Below are positions 38,277 to 49,300 of a DNA stretch of 64,000 nt, in pieces. Source of the DNA: an uncultured delta proteobacterium (lineage in GTDB: Bacteria > Myxococcota_A > Polyangia > Polyangiales > Polyangiaceae). The position numbers and the translations under genes are program-made. Numbering within the stretch: the first letter of the stretch is position 1; every line of letters starts with the position of its first letter. The notes under the pieces were generated by a model. That model made no database searches. It was given only the letters and a program-made list of their open reading frames with translations, and was not told where the DNA came from. The stretch is from assembly GCA_963716725.1 (NCBI GenBank), contig CAVQUB010000007.1:128001-192000 (forward strand), written 5' to 3'.

Positions 38277-39572
38277 TCAGTCCGCGGGGCGCGGGCGCTC
38301 GAGGGGCGCTTCGGGTGCGGTCGGTGCCCCGACTTCGTTCGGGAGTGGGCTTGCGGGCTCCTCTTCGGGAGCGGGGAGTGGCAAGAGCTCGAGCTGATCG
38401 CGCTCGGGAGCGAGGGCCGCTGCCAAGGGATTGCCGACCAGATCGCCGCTCGCTGCCGCGGCGACCGGCAGGCCCAGCACCGGCGCCGGCGTGAACGGCA
38501 CGTCGCGATCCATGGCCGGCGTCTGCCACGCGTCCTCGAGCAGATGCACCGCGCGCTCGATCTGGGGGATGTGGCTGCAGTGCGCGTGTTCGTTGCCGCC
38601 CTGGTAGCCCCAGAGATGGAAGCCGCGCTCATCGACCGTCGAGGTCTGAGAAAACCGCGCGTTTCCTGGGGAGATCTCGGTCCTTTCGAGGCCGAGTTCG
38701 GAGAGCAGGAGATCCGCGGTTTGTCGGGTGGAGGGGTACGTCTCCGGGACGATCTCCGAGTGCGTGAAGACGAATAGCTTCTGGCCCTCGCTCGCCTTCT
38801 TGGCGAAGCGGAAGGTCGGGCCGAGCGGCAAGCTGCTGAGTGAACTCACGCCGGCGTCGCGTGACGGCGCCGCCGGGTTCCAGGCGGCGTGCAGACCATC
38901 GAGCAACACGACCGCATCGATGCGCTCGTCTCCGTACTTCAGGATTTCGTTCACGGCACCGTAGCCGGCGCTCCACGCCGACAAGGCCAGGTGTCGAATG
39001 TGCGCCCGCGGATCATCACTGTGTCGCTGGAGCGCAGCCTCGATGGATTTGAACAAGGTGTTGAACGTGTCCGGATTGGCGAAGGCGTCCGAGTACGGCC
39101 CGCTCCCGAGCCCCTTGTCGATGCCGACGTAGACCAAGCCGCGCGTGACCTGGACGAAGGTCTTTCTCACCGGGCTGTGGCCATGGAATTGGATCAACAC
39201 GTCGTAGCCCATGTCGGGCGTGTGGCCCCCGCGCTGGGGCAGCGCGATGCGCCCCATGCTCAAGTTCTTGAAGGCGGTGTAGGGTCCCAGACCGATCGGG
39301 TCGTGGGGGAAGCACTCGTGGTAGCCCTTCTTCTTGAGCTCGTCGCTGAGCGGCTGCGCGTGCAAGTGCTCCGGTGCCGGACGCTCGTCGGCCAGCGCGG
39401 TGACGGCGACGGGTGCGCTGAAGCGACGGAAGAACGCGGCGGCCTTGCTGACCGGTTCGGCCCGGAGGCCGCTCGCGATCGCCACACCCGCGACGCCGAC
39501 CAGCCCCAGCGCCAACCCTCGCCGGAGCAGCTCGCCGTTGGTCGGCGCCGGTGTTTTCTCGGGCTTAGACAC
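38277..39572 (-). CDS. Hypothetical protein, probable alpha/beta-hydrolase fold
   Basis: N-terminal TM; FHGH; LSAWSAGYGAV nucleophile-elbow-like; LLDGLH. Confidence 0.65.
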   Translation of the reverse strand: MSKPEKTPAPTNGELLRRGLALGLVGVAGVAIASGLRAEPVSKAAAFFRRFSAPVAVTALADERPAPEHLHAQPLSDELKKKGYHECFPHDPIGLGPYTAFKNLSMGRIALPQRGGHTPDMGYDVLIQFHGHSPVRKTFVQVTRGLVYVGIDKGLGSGPYSDAFANPDTFNTLFKSIEAALQRHSDDPRAHIRHLALSAWSAGYGAVNEILKYGDERIDAVVLLDGLHAAWNPAAPSRDAGVSSLSSLPLGPTFRFAKKASEGQKLFVFTHSEIVPETYPSTRQTADLLLSELGLERTEISPGNARFSQTSTVDERGFHLWGYQGGNEHAHCSHIPQIERAVHLLEDAWQTPAMDRDVPFTPAPVLGLPVAAAASGDLVGNPLAAALAPERDQLELLPLPAPEEEPASPLPNEVGAPTAPEAPLERPRPAD

Positions 39573-39763
39573 GGGCTCTCAGTCTATTCAAAATATCGGG
39601 AATGGAAATACCCTCTTGACTAGTGGGGTATGCCACGGGGGCCCCAAGAACCAGCCAGATCCGCGGATCACACCAATTTTCTAGGCAAAAACGGCTCTGG
39701 AACGCTGCGGCATTTGCCCGTGCGGCGGCCGCCCCGAAAGCGTGCTGTAGGCTGCCCGAACCG

Positions 39764-41101
39764 GTGCTCCGCACGTTCCGCGCCCTGTTCATGTTCTGGA
39801 CGATCTTCGCGTCGTACGGACTGCACTGGCTCGCCGCCAAGGTGTTCGGCGGCAAACGGGTGGCGTCGCGCTGGCAGCACGTGCACCGCAACAACGCTCG
39901 CCGGCTGGTCAACGGCTTCACGCGGCTGCGCGGTGTGTTCATCAAGGTTGGCCAGGTTCTCAGCGTGATCGGGACTTTCCTTCCGCGCGCGTACGGCGAA
40001 GCCCTCGAGAAGCTGCAAGACAAGGTGCCGTCGCGCCCCTTCTCCGAAATCGAAGGACGGCTACGCGAGGCGCTCGGCGAGGACCCATTGTCGCGATTCG
40101 CCGAATTCGATCGCGAGCCGTTGGCCGCAGCGTCGCTGGCGCAGGTGCACCGCGCGGTCACCAAGGACGGCCGCGCGGTGGCGGTGAAGGTTCTGTATCC
40201 GGGCATCGAGAAGCTGATCCGCACGGATCTCGGCGTGCTGCGCTCCATCATGCCGGTGGTGGGGCGTTTATTCCCCATCACGCGCTTCGAGCGGGTGCTC
40301 GATCAGCTCGCTGCCATGCTCTCCCGGGAGACTGACTACTCGAACGAGCGCAAGAACATGGAGCGCATGCGAGCCATCTTCGCCGACCGCGCCGACGTGA
40401 TCGTGCCTCAGGTCGTCGACGAGCTCACCAACGCTGGCGTGCTCACCATGACCTTCGAGGAGGGCACCAAGATCAGCGACGCACCCACGCTGAAGGCGCG
40501 CGGCATCGACGGTGAGTCCGTCGCGAAGCTGCTCACCGAGTGCTATTTCGGGATGCTGCTCGAGCATCAGGTGTTCCACGCCGATCCGCACCCTGGGAAC
40601 TTCTTGGTGCGCCCGGGACCTCAGCTGGTGATCTTGGACTACGGCGCGGTCGAAGAGGTGACGCCCCAGCTCGCCGACGGAATGCGGATGGTGGTGCTCG
40701 GCGCGGTCACTCGCAGCGACGATCAGGTCCTCGACGGGCTCGAGCGCATGGGGTTCGTCGCCGAGGGTGGGGATCGCGAGCTCTTGGCCCGGGTGGGGCG
40801 CGAATACCTGAAGATGCTCTCGAGCATCAAGATCACCGATTTTTCCCAGCTCGACCGCGAGACGGTCGAGAAGCTCACCGTCAACGGCTATCAACAAGTG
40901 CGCGGGCAGCTCCGCGACATCATGAAGAGCGTGGAGTACCCCGACGGTTACTTCTACGTCGAGCGCACCCTCGTCTTGCTCTTTGGCTTGGTCGGCCAAC
41001 TGGCGCCCAAGGTGGGCTTGCCTGGGCTGGTGCTGCCCTACGCCTCTTTGGCCTTCGCCAAGGGGCTCGCTGCGAGACCGCCTGCAGAGGCCGCGCCATG
41101 A
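39764..41101 (+). CDS. ABC1/UbiB (AarF) family kinase
   Basis: FIKVGQ, AAASLAQVHRA, VAVKV, FHADPHPGN, LDYG. Confidence 0.93.
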   Translation: MLRTFRALFMFWTIFASYGLHWLAAKVFGGKRVASRWQHVHRNNARRLVNGFTRLRGVFIKVGQVLSVIGTFLPRAYGEALEKLQDKVPSRPFSEIEGRLREALGEDPLSRFAEFDREPLAAASLAQVHRAVTKDGRAVAVKVLYPGIEKLIRTDLGVLRSIMPVVGRLFPITRFERVLDQLAAMLSRETDYSNERKNMERMRAIFADRADVIVPQVVDELTNAGVLTMTFEEGTKISDAPTLKARGIDGESVAKLLTECYFGMLLEHQVFHADPHPGNFLVRPGPQLVILDYGAVEEVTPQLADGMRMVVLGAVTRSDDQVLDGLERMGFVAEGGDRELLARVGREYLKMLSSIKITDFSQLDRETVEKLTVNGYQQVRGQLRDIMKSVEYPDGYFYVERTLVLLFGLVGQLAPKVGLPGLVLPYASLAFAKGLAARPPAEAAP

Positions 41102-42540
41102 AACGCTGGGCCGCGCCGCTCGCCGTGTTCATCGCGGCGGGGTGCGCGCGGTCCCCAGCGACGCCCACCGTGACCGCGAGCTCGTGCGACGCGCGGGTGC
41201 GAATCGTCAGCGAGCGACCGCTGTTGCTCGATGTCGAGCTGCACTGTACTGGTCGACCGTTGTCAGGCTTCGTGGCCACCGAGCCCGCGAGTCTGCCCGC
41301 CATCGCGGTCGGGTCTGGTGTGGTTCGTCGTGGCTCGCGGTTCTCCGCAAGGTCCTCCGGCTCGGAGTCGACCCTTGGCTATCGTATCGATCTCGACGCC
41401 GTGGCCGCTCGCGCCCGGAGCTTCGACGTCGCGCTGCGCTCGGGATCGTCTCTGGTGGCGCCGGTCTCCACCTGGCTCTTGCGCCCCGATCCGCTCCGGA
41501 GCGACGTTCCGGTGCGCCTTCGGGTCGAGACGCCACCTGGCGTGCGTTTCGAGACCGGCCTCGCCAAACAAGGTGGCGGCTACGCCCTCGCGTCCCACGA
41601 GATCCCCGTCGCCACTTATGCGGTCTTCGGCCGCTTCGAGTCGCGTGCGCTCAGCGTCGATGACTCGCGCATCGACCTCAGCTTTGCAGATGGGCGCATC
41701 GCGGCGGGACGCGACACGCTCGCGCGCTGGGTCTCGGAATCGGCGCAGGCCGTCGGCAAGTTCTGGCGACGCTTTCCGGTCCCTCGCGTGCACATCACGA
41801 TCATCCCCGTCGCGGGCCGCGAGGGCGTCTTGTTCGGCAAGGTCCTGCCCGAGAGCTCACCCGGCGTCGCGCTCTTGGTCGGTGAGAACACCACGCGCGA
41901 GCGGCTCTACCAGGACTGGATCCTGATCCACGAGCTGTTCCACCTCGGGGTGCCCAGCTTTTCGGGCGAAGGCAAGTGGTTCGACGAGGGGCTCGCCACC
42001 TATTTCGAGCCCATCATCCGAGCGCGCGCGGGCTGGCGATCCGAAGCCAGCGTTTGGCGCGAGTTTCAGCGCGAGATGCCCCGCGGGCTCGTCGCAGTCG
42101 AGCAGAGAGGCGTCGAGCGCGTCGATGATTTCTCGGGCGTGTACTGGGGCGGCGCCATCGTGGTGATGCTCGCTGACCTCGAGATCCGGCGCCGCAGCGC
42201 CGGCGCGCGAGGGCTCGAAGACGGGCTGCACGGCGTGCTCGACGCAGGCGGACACGCCAGCGTGGTCTGGCCCCTGGCCCGGGCCCTCGAGCTCTGCGAC
42301 AGGAGCGCGGGAGAGACGGTGCTCGGGCCGCTGGCCCAAAAGCACGCGCGTGGGGGACGAAGGGTGGATCTCGAAGCGCTTTGGCGCGAGCTCGGCGTCC
42401 GAGCGACCGGCGACGGGGTTCAGCTGGTGAACGACGCGCCGCTCTCGGCGGTGCGTCGCGCCATGGTGCGGGGCGGGGCTCACTCCACGTCGTCGAAGCT
42501 GGGCAGGTTTCCGAAGTTGAAGCCAATCCCCGCCATGTAG
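41098..42540 (+). CDS. Lipoprotein zinc metallopeptidase (M61/gluzincin-like)
   Basis: Lipobox AAGC; HELFH followed by WFDEGLATY; YWGGA. Confidence 0.82.
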   Translation: MKRWAAPLAVFIAAGCARSPATPTVTASSCDARVRIVSERPLLLDVELHCTGRPLSGFVATEPASLPAIAVGSGVVRRGSRFSARSSGSESTLGYRIDLDAVAARARSFDVALRSGSSLVAPVSTWLLRPDPLRSDVPVRLRVETPPGVRFETGLAKQGGGYALASHEIPVATYAVFGRFESRALSVDDSRIDLSFADGRIAAGRDTLARWVSESAQAVGKFWRRFPVPRVHITIIPVAGREGVLFGKVLPESSPGVALLVGENTTRERLYQDWILIHELFHLGVPSFSGEGKWFDEGLATYFEPIIRARAGWRSEASVWREFQREMPRGLVAVEQRGVERVDDFSGVYWGGAIVVMLADLEIRRRSAGARGLEDGLHGVLDAGGHASVVWPLARALELCDRSAGETVLGPLAQKHARGGRRVDLEALWRELGVRATGDGVQLVNDAPLSAVRRAMVRGGAHSTSSKLGRFPKLKPIPAM

Positions 42541-43205
42541 AGCAGCGAAGCCTCGTCGCGGAAGTTGCGAAAGACCGTCACCTCGGGGTGCACCGCGAAC
42601 TTCTTGCTGGCGCGGATGTTGATACCGAGTCCGATGCGCGCGAACACGCCATCGGCGGAACGAGCCGCTTCGTTCCCGCTTCCGCCGCTGACGTCAGCGG
42701 ACACATAGGAATATTCGATTCCCGGGCTGAGCACGAAGGTCAGCGACTTGTTGACGTTGAAGTCGATCAGCAGCGGGCCATGGAGATACACGACGTTGAC
42801 CTTTGTCTTCGTGTCGTTGACCCCGATGGAATACTGATACCACTGCACCCCGGGATCGATGCCCAGGTCCACGCGGCCCTTCACGATGTTCAGCTTCGCG
42901 TCGAAGCCCAGCGAGCTCATGTTGTAGACGTGAAAGCCGACGTCGATGTTGTCACTCGCACCGAGGCGCAGATGATAGGAGGGTGGCAGCGGCAAGAAGA
43001 CGTTGGTCTTCTCGGTCTGCGCGGTGCCGTTGTTGTCCGTGGTGGGGGTCTCGATTCGGGCGCCGAAGCCCTCGGCCGAGATCGAGTGGTTGACCTTGCC
43101 CGCGGGGGTGGTCCGTGCGGTGCCGTAGGTATTTGCGTTGGGGCAGCCCGTCGCCAGCAGCCCCGCGACCACGATCACGGACGCACCAGTTCGCAGCTCG
43201 CCCAT
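42480..43205 (-). CDS. Lipoprotein with outer-membrane beta-barrel-like sequence
   Basis: LATGC lipobox; alternating beta strands; ends GIGFNFG. Confidence 0.75.
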   Translation of the reverse strand: MGELRTGASVIVVAGLLATGCPNANTYGTARTTPAGKVNHSISAEGFGARIETPTTDNNGTAQTEKTNVFLPLPPSYHLRLGASDNIDVGFHVYNMSSLGFDAKLNIVKGRVDLGIDPGVQWYQYSIGVNDTKTKVNVVYLHGPLLIDFNVNKSLTFVLSPGIEYSYVSADVSGGSGNEAARSADGVFARIGLGINIRASKKFAVHPEVTVFRNFRDEASLLYMAGIGFNFGNLPSFDDVE

Positions 43206-43297
43206 GCCCCATGCTACGTCGGGCGCTGGGCCGAGCCTTCCCCGCGCACGGCGGGGCTACCCTCTTTCTGCGAGTCGTGCTGGAAGTACGCCACGCA

Positions 43298-44278
43298 ATG
43301 GCTTTTTCAGTCTGGGCTGAGCTCATGGACGACGACGCCGTCGAGGCGGCCTTCGGGGCCCTGGCGGCTCAGGGTGTGGGCGTCGGCCTCTCGCTGCCGA
43401 GTGTGCGGGTGGGTGACGCTGGCTTCGCCAAGCTCACCCGCAAGGCCGCGGGGGCGGGCGTGCCTCTTCGAATCTGGCCGCTCTTGTCCCCGGAACACGG
43501 CTACTGGATCGGCGAGACCAACGTCGCGGAGACCCGGGACCTGATGGCATCGCTGCTCGCGTGGCGCTCACGCCGCGGCGGCCCGGTCTTTGATGGCGTG
43601 TCCTTCGATCTCGAACCCGATTTTCAGTATAGCGAAGCGCTGCGCCGATGCGCCCGGCTGCGCCCCGACCGAGCGCTCTCGCTCTTGCTCGACAACGTGA
43701 CACCGACACGTTTTGCCAAGGCGCGAGCGAGTCTCGCTCGCACCGTGCAGACGCTGCGTCGGGCTGGCATCGTGGCACACGCGGTCACCTACCCGGTCGT
43801 GCTCGATCAAGCGGTCGGTGACACCACGCTGGAGGACGCGCTGTCGATCCCAGTGAGCGGCATCGACTGGGACGAGGTCAGCTTCATGGTCTACCAGACG
43901 CCCATTGCGCAGCTCACCGGGCGCTGGTTCGGGCCCGCGCTGGTGCGCTCGTACGCAAGGACGGCGGTGGAGCGCTTCGGCGCTCGAGCGGGCATCGACC
44001 TCGGCGTCGTCGGCGATCACGGTGTGGGGCTCGACGCAGGAGATCGCTACCCGACGCCGTCGGCGCTCGCTGCGGATCTGGCGGCGTCACGAGGGGCGGG
44101 CATCCCGCTCGAGCGCACGCGGGTCTACGGGCTGGCGGGCGTGCTCGACTCCGGCGGCGTCGAGGCCTGGCTCGCTGCCCGTCCCAGCGACGTGGAGCCG
44201 GGCGAGAGCCGCGAGGTGGAGGGGTTTCGCAATATCGTGCGCGCCATCGCGACGGGCCTGGGCGCAATGCGCCGCTGA
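43298..44278 (+). CDS. Hypothetical protein, possibly glycoside-hydrolase-like TIM barrel
   Basis: DGVSFDLEP and WDEVSFMVY resemble GH18-like strands. Confidence 0.6.
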   Translation: MAFSVWAELMDDDAVEAAFGALAAQGVGVGLSLPSVRVGDAGFAKLTRKAAGAGVPLRIWPLLSPEHGYWIGETNVAETRDLMASLLAWRSRRGGPVFDGVSFDLEPDFQYSEALRRCARLRPDRALSLLLDNVTPTRFAKARASLARTVQTLRRAGIVAHAVTYPVVLDQAVGDTTLEDALSIPVSGIDWDEVSFMVYQTPIAQLTGRWFGPALVRSYARTAVERFGARAGIDLGVVGDHGVGLDAGDRYPTPSALAADLAASRGAGIPLERTRVYGLAGVLDSGGVEAWLAARPSDVEPGESREVEGFRNIVRAIATGLGAMRR

Positions 44279-44282
44279 GGGC

Positions 44283-45213
44283 TCAGGGAATGCCGAAGCG
44301 AGCCTTGTTCTCGGCCAGAAACTCCACGTAAAATCCGCTCTCTTGGCGAGCCGGGATCTCTCCGGCTTCGACGGCCGCCTCGAGCGCGCGCTTGATGTCG
44401 CCCAGCTGCTTGGAGGGCGGGATGCCGAAGGTCGCCATGATTTCGTTGCCCACCCCGGTGGGCAGCGGCGGCAGCTTGGCGTCCTCCGCCGCCAGGTCGT
44501 CGATGCGGCCCGCGAGCTCGTCGATCGTGCCGATGCCACGGCGCTTCTTCTCCGGGCGCTTGGTGGTGATGTCCGCGCGCGACAGGCACAACAGGTCGTC
44601 GAGGTGCGGGCCGATTTCCCGCGCGAAGCGCCGCACCGCGCTGTCGGTCCAGCTGCCGTCGTACTGGCTCGCGCGCAGGTGATGCAGGACCAGGAAGCGG
44701 ATCGGTCGAGCGCAGCGCTTCGTCGTCCGCAAAGAAGCGACGCCGACGTTCGAGCTTGTCGAACATGCGCGCGCCCACCTCGGCGTGACCGAAGAAGTGC
44801 ACCTCGCCGTGCTCGTCGATACTGCGGGTCTTCACCTTGCCGATGTCGTGAAGCAGGGCCGCCCAGCGGACCTCGAGGCGCGGCACGCTCTGACACACCA
44901 CCTGCTTGGTGTGCTTCCAGACGTCCTTGTGACGCCACTCGCCGTCGCCGAAGCCCACCATGGACTTGACCTCGGGGATCAGCACGTCGAGCACACCGGT
45001 AACCAAGAGCGAGTCGAGCCCCGCGTCGGCGTACTCGCCCATCATCACCCGGTCGAGAAAGGGGCGCGCGTCGGTCGCCGCGAGCGGCTCGAGGTCGCCG
45101 GGGGCAACCACCACCACCGGATGGTCGCTCACCCCGCGCTCGGCGAACTCCGCCGCGCGCGCGAGTGCGTGCATGGCTCGGGTCTTGTCCACGGCGATCT
45201 GCATTTCGGTCAT
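44283..45213 (-). CDS. HD-domain protein resembling the body/tail of CCA-adding enzymes; frameshift near 44704
   Basis: LIPEV, HKDVWKHT, AALLHDIGK, F.GHAEVGA, then DSAVRRF, GNEIM..FGIPPS..LG. Confidence 0.82.
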
Positions 45214-45313
45214 GGGTCGGGGCGACTGGGCTTCGCGGGCGGCCGGCCCTTTAGCATAGCTCCGCCAGGAAATGGCCTTACCCCGCGGGCGGTCCTGCGC
45301 CATGCTCGGGCCG

Positions 45314-46282
45314 ATGCGCCGAATCGCCGCGCTCTTGCTGCCCTTGTGCTGGGTCGTTGCCGGTTGTCCGGGAACCGACCAGGACTTCTCCGTTCCAACG
45401 AAAGACGCGGAACCCGGGCCACCGGACGCCGCGATCGACTTCGAGGCGGGGCCGCCCGTGCCCGTGACGGTCATGACCTGGAACGTCAAGAATCTCTACA
45501 ACGACAAGCGGGACAGCCTCGAGATCGCCCAGGCCGACGAGACCATCGTCTCGGCCAGCGAGTACAAAGCCAAGCTCGCCGCCGTCGCCGCCGTCATCGC
45601 CGCGGCCAAGCCCGACGTGGTGGTGCTACAAGAAGTCGAGAACCAGGTCGTGCTTGGCGACCTCGGGACCAAGCTCGCTGCCTATCCCCACCGCTCGATC
45701 AGCCAAGGCAATGACCCGCGCGGCATCGACATCGCGGTGCTGTCCGAGTTGCCCCTTCAGATCGGGCCCTCCCACAAAGGCGAGTTCTTCAAGGCCTCCA
45801 CCGATCCGACGCAGACCTTCAAGTTTGCGCGCGACGTGCTCGAGGTTCACCTGAACGTCAACGGGCGCCACTTGGCGCTGCTCGGCGTGCACTTCAAGGC
45901 CGAAGACGGCGATCCAAAGAGCGCCGTCAAGCGCATCGCCGAAGCGGAGCAGACCCGAAAGATCGCCACCGGGATCAGCTTCGGCAACTCGAGCGCGGCC
46001 ATCGTCGTACTCGGCGACTTCAACTCCACCCCGGATTCCGATCCGATGAACGCGTTGGCAGGCAACGCCCCGTTCCTCTTCTCGAGCGCCACCGAGACAC
46101 TGGCGACCGCCGACCGCTACAGCGTGACCTTCGGCGGCAATCCCCAGCTCTATGACGACCACCGGTGCGACCCCATCGCCAAGGGGCTCTTGGATATCGC
46201 GAGCGTGACCATCGTGCACGACGCAGCGGTGAACGCCGCGAGCGATCACGACCCCGTGGTCGCGACCTACCAGCTGCATTGA
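45314..46282 (+). CDS. Endonuclease/exonuclease/phosphatase family lipoprotein
   Basis: TWNVKN, LQEVEN, HFK, GDFN, SDHDP. Confidence 0.9.
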   Translation: MRRIAALLLPLCWVVAGCPGTDQDFSVPTKDAEPGPPDAAIDFEAGPPVPVTVMTWNVKNLYNDKRDSLEIAQADETIVSASEYKAKLAAVAAVIAAAKPDVVVLQEVENQVVLGDLGTKLAAYPHRSISQGNDPRGIDIAVLSELPLQIGPSHKGEFFKASTDPTQTFKFARDVLEVHLNVNGRHLALLGVHFKAEDGDPKSAVKRIAEAEQTRKIATGISFGNSSAAIVVLGDFNSTPDSDPMNALAGNAPFLFSSATETLATADRYSVTFGGNPQLYDDHRCDPIAKGLLDIASVTIVHDAAVNAASDHDPVVATYQLH

Positions 46283-46391
46283 CTGGGAGCCTGTTCGCTT
46301 CCTGCGGGAGGTTTTGCGGCTAAGTCCGCGAAATCACATGCTGAAGCGCGGGAAATTTGGCGCGCGCTGTACGCTTCCACGTCCAACCTGC

Positions 46392-49300
46392 ATGGTCTCG
46401 CACCGGCGCCCCATCGATTTCGGCCGCCTGCTGGCGCGGCTTTTGTGCGCCCTGTTCGCTCTGATCGGCGCGGTACCGCTGGCGTTGGCGACCGCGGTGC
46501 GCTCTGGGCCCGTGCTCGATTGGGTCTCCCGCGAGACGTCTCGGGTCCTGGCCCAAGAGCTGGGGGTGACCGCCAGCTACCGCGTCGAGATGCAGCTCGT
46601 GCCCTTGCGGGTGGCGCTTCACGACTTGACCCTTCCTTCATCCGACGGCGGCGCGCCCTTTCTCGTTGCCGAGAGCGCGTCGGTGCGCCCGCGCTTCTTC
46701 TCGCTCTTGGCTGGGCGCTTCGACGTTGGTGAGGTCGAGATCCAACGCCCCAAAGCCCGCGTGGTCCTGCGCGGCGGCAAGCTCGCCAACCTCGCCTATC
46801 GGCTGCCGGAGACCCGAGCGCCTTCCAAGAAGGTCACGCGCGCACCCTTCGGATCCCTCGGTATCACCGAAGCCGAGATCGACCTCGACGTGGACGGGGT
46901 CCGGGTCACCACGGGCCCGATGGACGTGGACGTGTTCGCGGATCCGGGGCCGGTCTTCGAGATCGGGATTCGCGCAGCCGAGACCCTGATCACGACCCCG
47001 CGCCAGGTGAAGCTCAGCGCGGTCGACGCGCGACCGAATCGTCGCGGGGAGCTCGACCGGGTGAGCCAACGGGAGTTTGCCTTCGACGCGTTCGACGAGG
47101 ATGTCGTCTGCCAGCTCGACGCACGCCTGCGCGTCGAAGGCGACAAGCTGCTGGTGCGGCGCCTGAGCCTGATCGGAGTCGCGGACCAGGACCCCGGTGA
47201 GAACACCCGACCCGCCTGCGTGGCCGAAGACGATCCGAGCGCGGCGCGGGTGGCTTTGCGCCTATCTCAGCTGCGAATCGAGCCCCGCGCCGGCCTGATG
47301 CCTCTCGTCGACGGCCACGTGGTGGTGCGCGCGCCCGCCTCGGTGGCCAACCGCTACGTGAACATGGGACCGCTCGCGGGCTGGGTCGCGTTTTCGGGGG
47401 ACCTGCGCTTCGATGGGCGCACCAAGCTGCCCGAAGTGCGCGGACGGCTCCGGGGCGGCGATCTGCAAATCGATGTCTATCGTCTCGCGAAGAAGCTCGA
47501 CGCGACCGTCGCCCTCGAGAACGACAGCGTCGAGATTTCACGCTTCGAGACCCACTTCTCCGACGGAGTGGTGGTGATCAGCGATGCCAAGATCGATCCC
47601 TTCGAGCCTGGCGCACCCCTCACGGCGGCCCGAGTGGACGGCAATGGCGTCTCGTTCTCGAAGATGATGGACGATCTCGGGGTGACGCCGGACACCATTG
47701 TCGCTTGGGATCTCGACAAGACCCGGGTCACCAAGATCAAGGGCACGCTCTCGCCGCTGCGCATCGAAGGCGATCTGGCGGCGGAGACCAGTGACTTCGA
47801 GGTCTTCAATCGCGCGTACCACGACCCCGCGCGCAAACACATGATCGGCGTGCGCTCGGCCAGCATTCGCGGACGCTTTGGGGTGCGACCCGACGCCTTG
47901 GACTTTTTCGACACGCGCGTGACCTTCGGCAAGAGCGTCATCAACGCGCACCTGGTCAGCATCGGGTTTCACAACCAGATCGAGCTCGACATCACCAAGG
48001 GCGTGAAGATCGATCTCGCCGACGTGAGCCCGCTGGTCGACATCCCTTGGGCCGGATCCGCCGAGCTTTCCGTGCGCATGTCCGGCAAGATGGGGCACCC
48101 CGTCCTGACCGGCGATCTCGCCATTTCGAAGTTCGAGTTCGGCGGCTTCCCCGTGGGCGATCTCAAGAGCGGCAAGGTTCGCTTCCAGCCGCTGACGGTC
48201 GACTTCTTCGACTTGCACGGCAGAAAGGGCAAGAGCGACTTCGTGATCCCGACGGCGCGCCTCGACTTCGAGAGCGGCTCGACGGTGATCGCCGACGCCA
48301 CGCTGCAAGCTCAACGCTTCGACGTTCGGGACTTCTTCGCGATGTTCTCGTTCGACAAGGATCCACGCTTCGATCCCATCTTCGGAGCGGGCAAGATCGA
48401 CGCGCGGGTGCACTACGATCTCGGGGGTCGGAAGGACCGTTGCGGCGGGGGTGTATTGAGCGTGGCCGGCAGTGTCGACATGAAGAACCTCGACCTGTTC
48501 GAGGAGAAGTACGACACCGGTCGCGCCGACTTCGACTTCCGCTGGCTCGATCGAGACGCGAGCTACCTCGGGATCGAGATGGACATACCGAGCATCACGC
48601 TCAGCAAAGGCACGGGCACCTTGCTCGGATCGCTGAGCATGCGCCAGGGCGGCGACGTCCGCGGGAACCTGGTGGGCACTTCGCTTCCCCTCTCCGAGAT
48701 CGACAGCATGGGCGTGCTGGGCGCGATGGTGGACGCACGCGGCAGCGGCGTCGCCGAGGTGAGCGGTACGGTAGATGCGCTCGCCTTCAGCAGCCACGTA
48801 CGGATTTCGCCGGCACGACTCGGCAGCCAGACGTTGCCCGCGTCCGACTTGTCGGTGACGCTGAAGCCCGTCAAGCGCTCGCCCAAGGTCATCGGGCGGT
48901 CGCGCTGCGGCGGCGCGATCACCGCGCCCTTCGACCGCTCGGAGTGGGAGTCGGACGCCATCGCCGGCGTGTTTCACCTGCGCGGCAAGCTGTTTGGCGG
49001 GCAGATCGGCTTCGACGATCTGCGCCTGACCCGCCAGCGCAAGAAGACCGTGCGCGGCGAGCTCGCCTTCGCGGATCTCGATCTTGGCGCCTTCGCGGAT
49101 CTCGCTCCGGCCGCGGGCGGGGCCAAGACCCTGGGCAAGCTGAGCGGCAAGCTGGCCGTAGACGAGCTGCCGCTCGACTCCCCGAGCCGGGCCGCGGGCT
49201 CCCTCACCATCGAGCGGCTTTCGCTGAGCCGAGGCGGGCTCTCGGCCGACGTGCTGCCGGGCGCCCGACCCGTCGCGCTCGCTGGTGGAAAGCTGACCTT

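Noticed and set aside
39575..39760. AT-richer intergenic stretch with TTGACT and a short ATACCC/GGGTAT inverted repeat as an ncRNA
   Set aside because: Consistent with an ordinary divergent promoter region; no recognisable RNA family
42480..42540. 61-nt convergent overlap of the peptidase and beta-barrel genes
   Set aside because: Probably a simple stop-codon shift; no evidence of function
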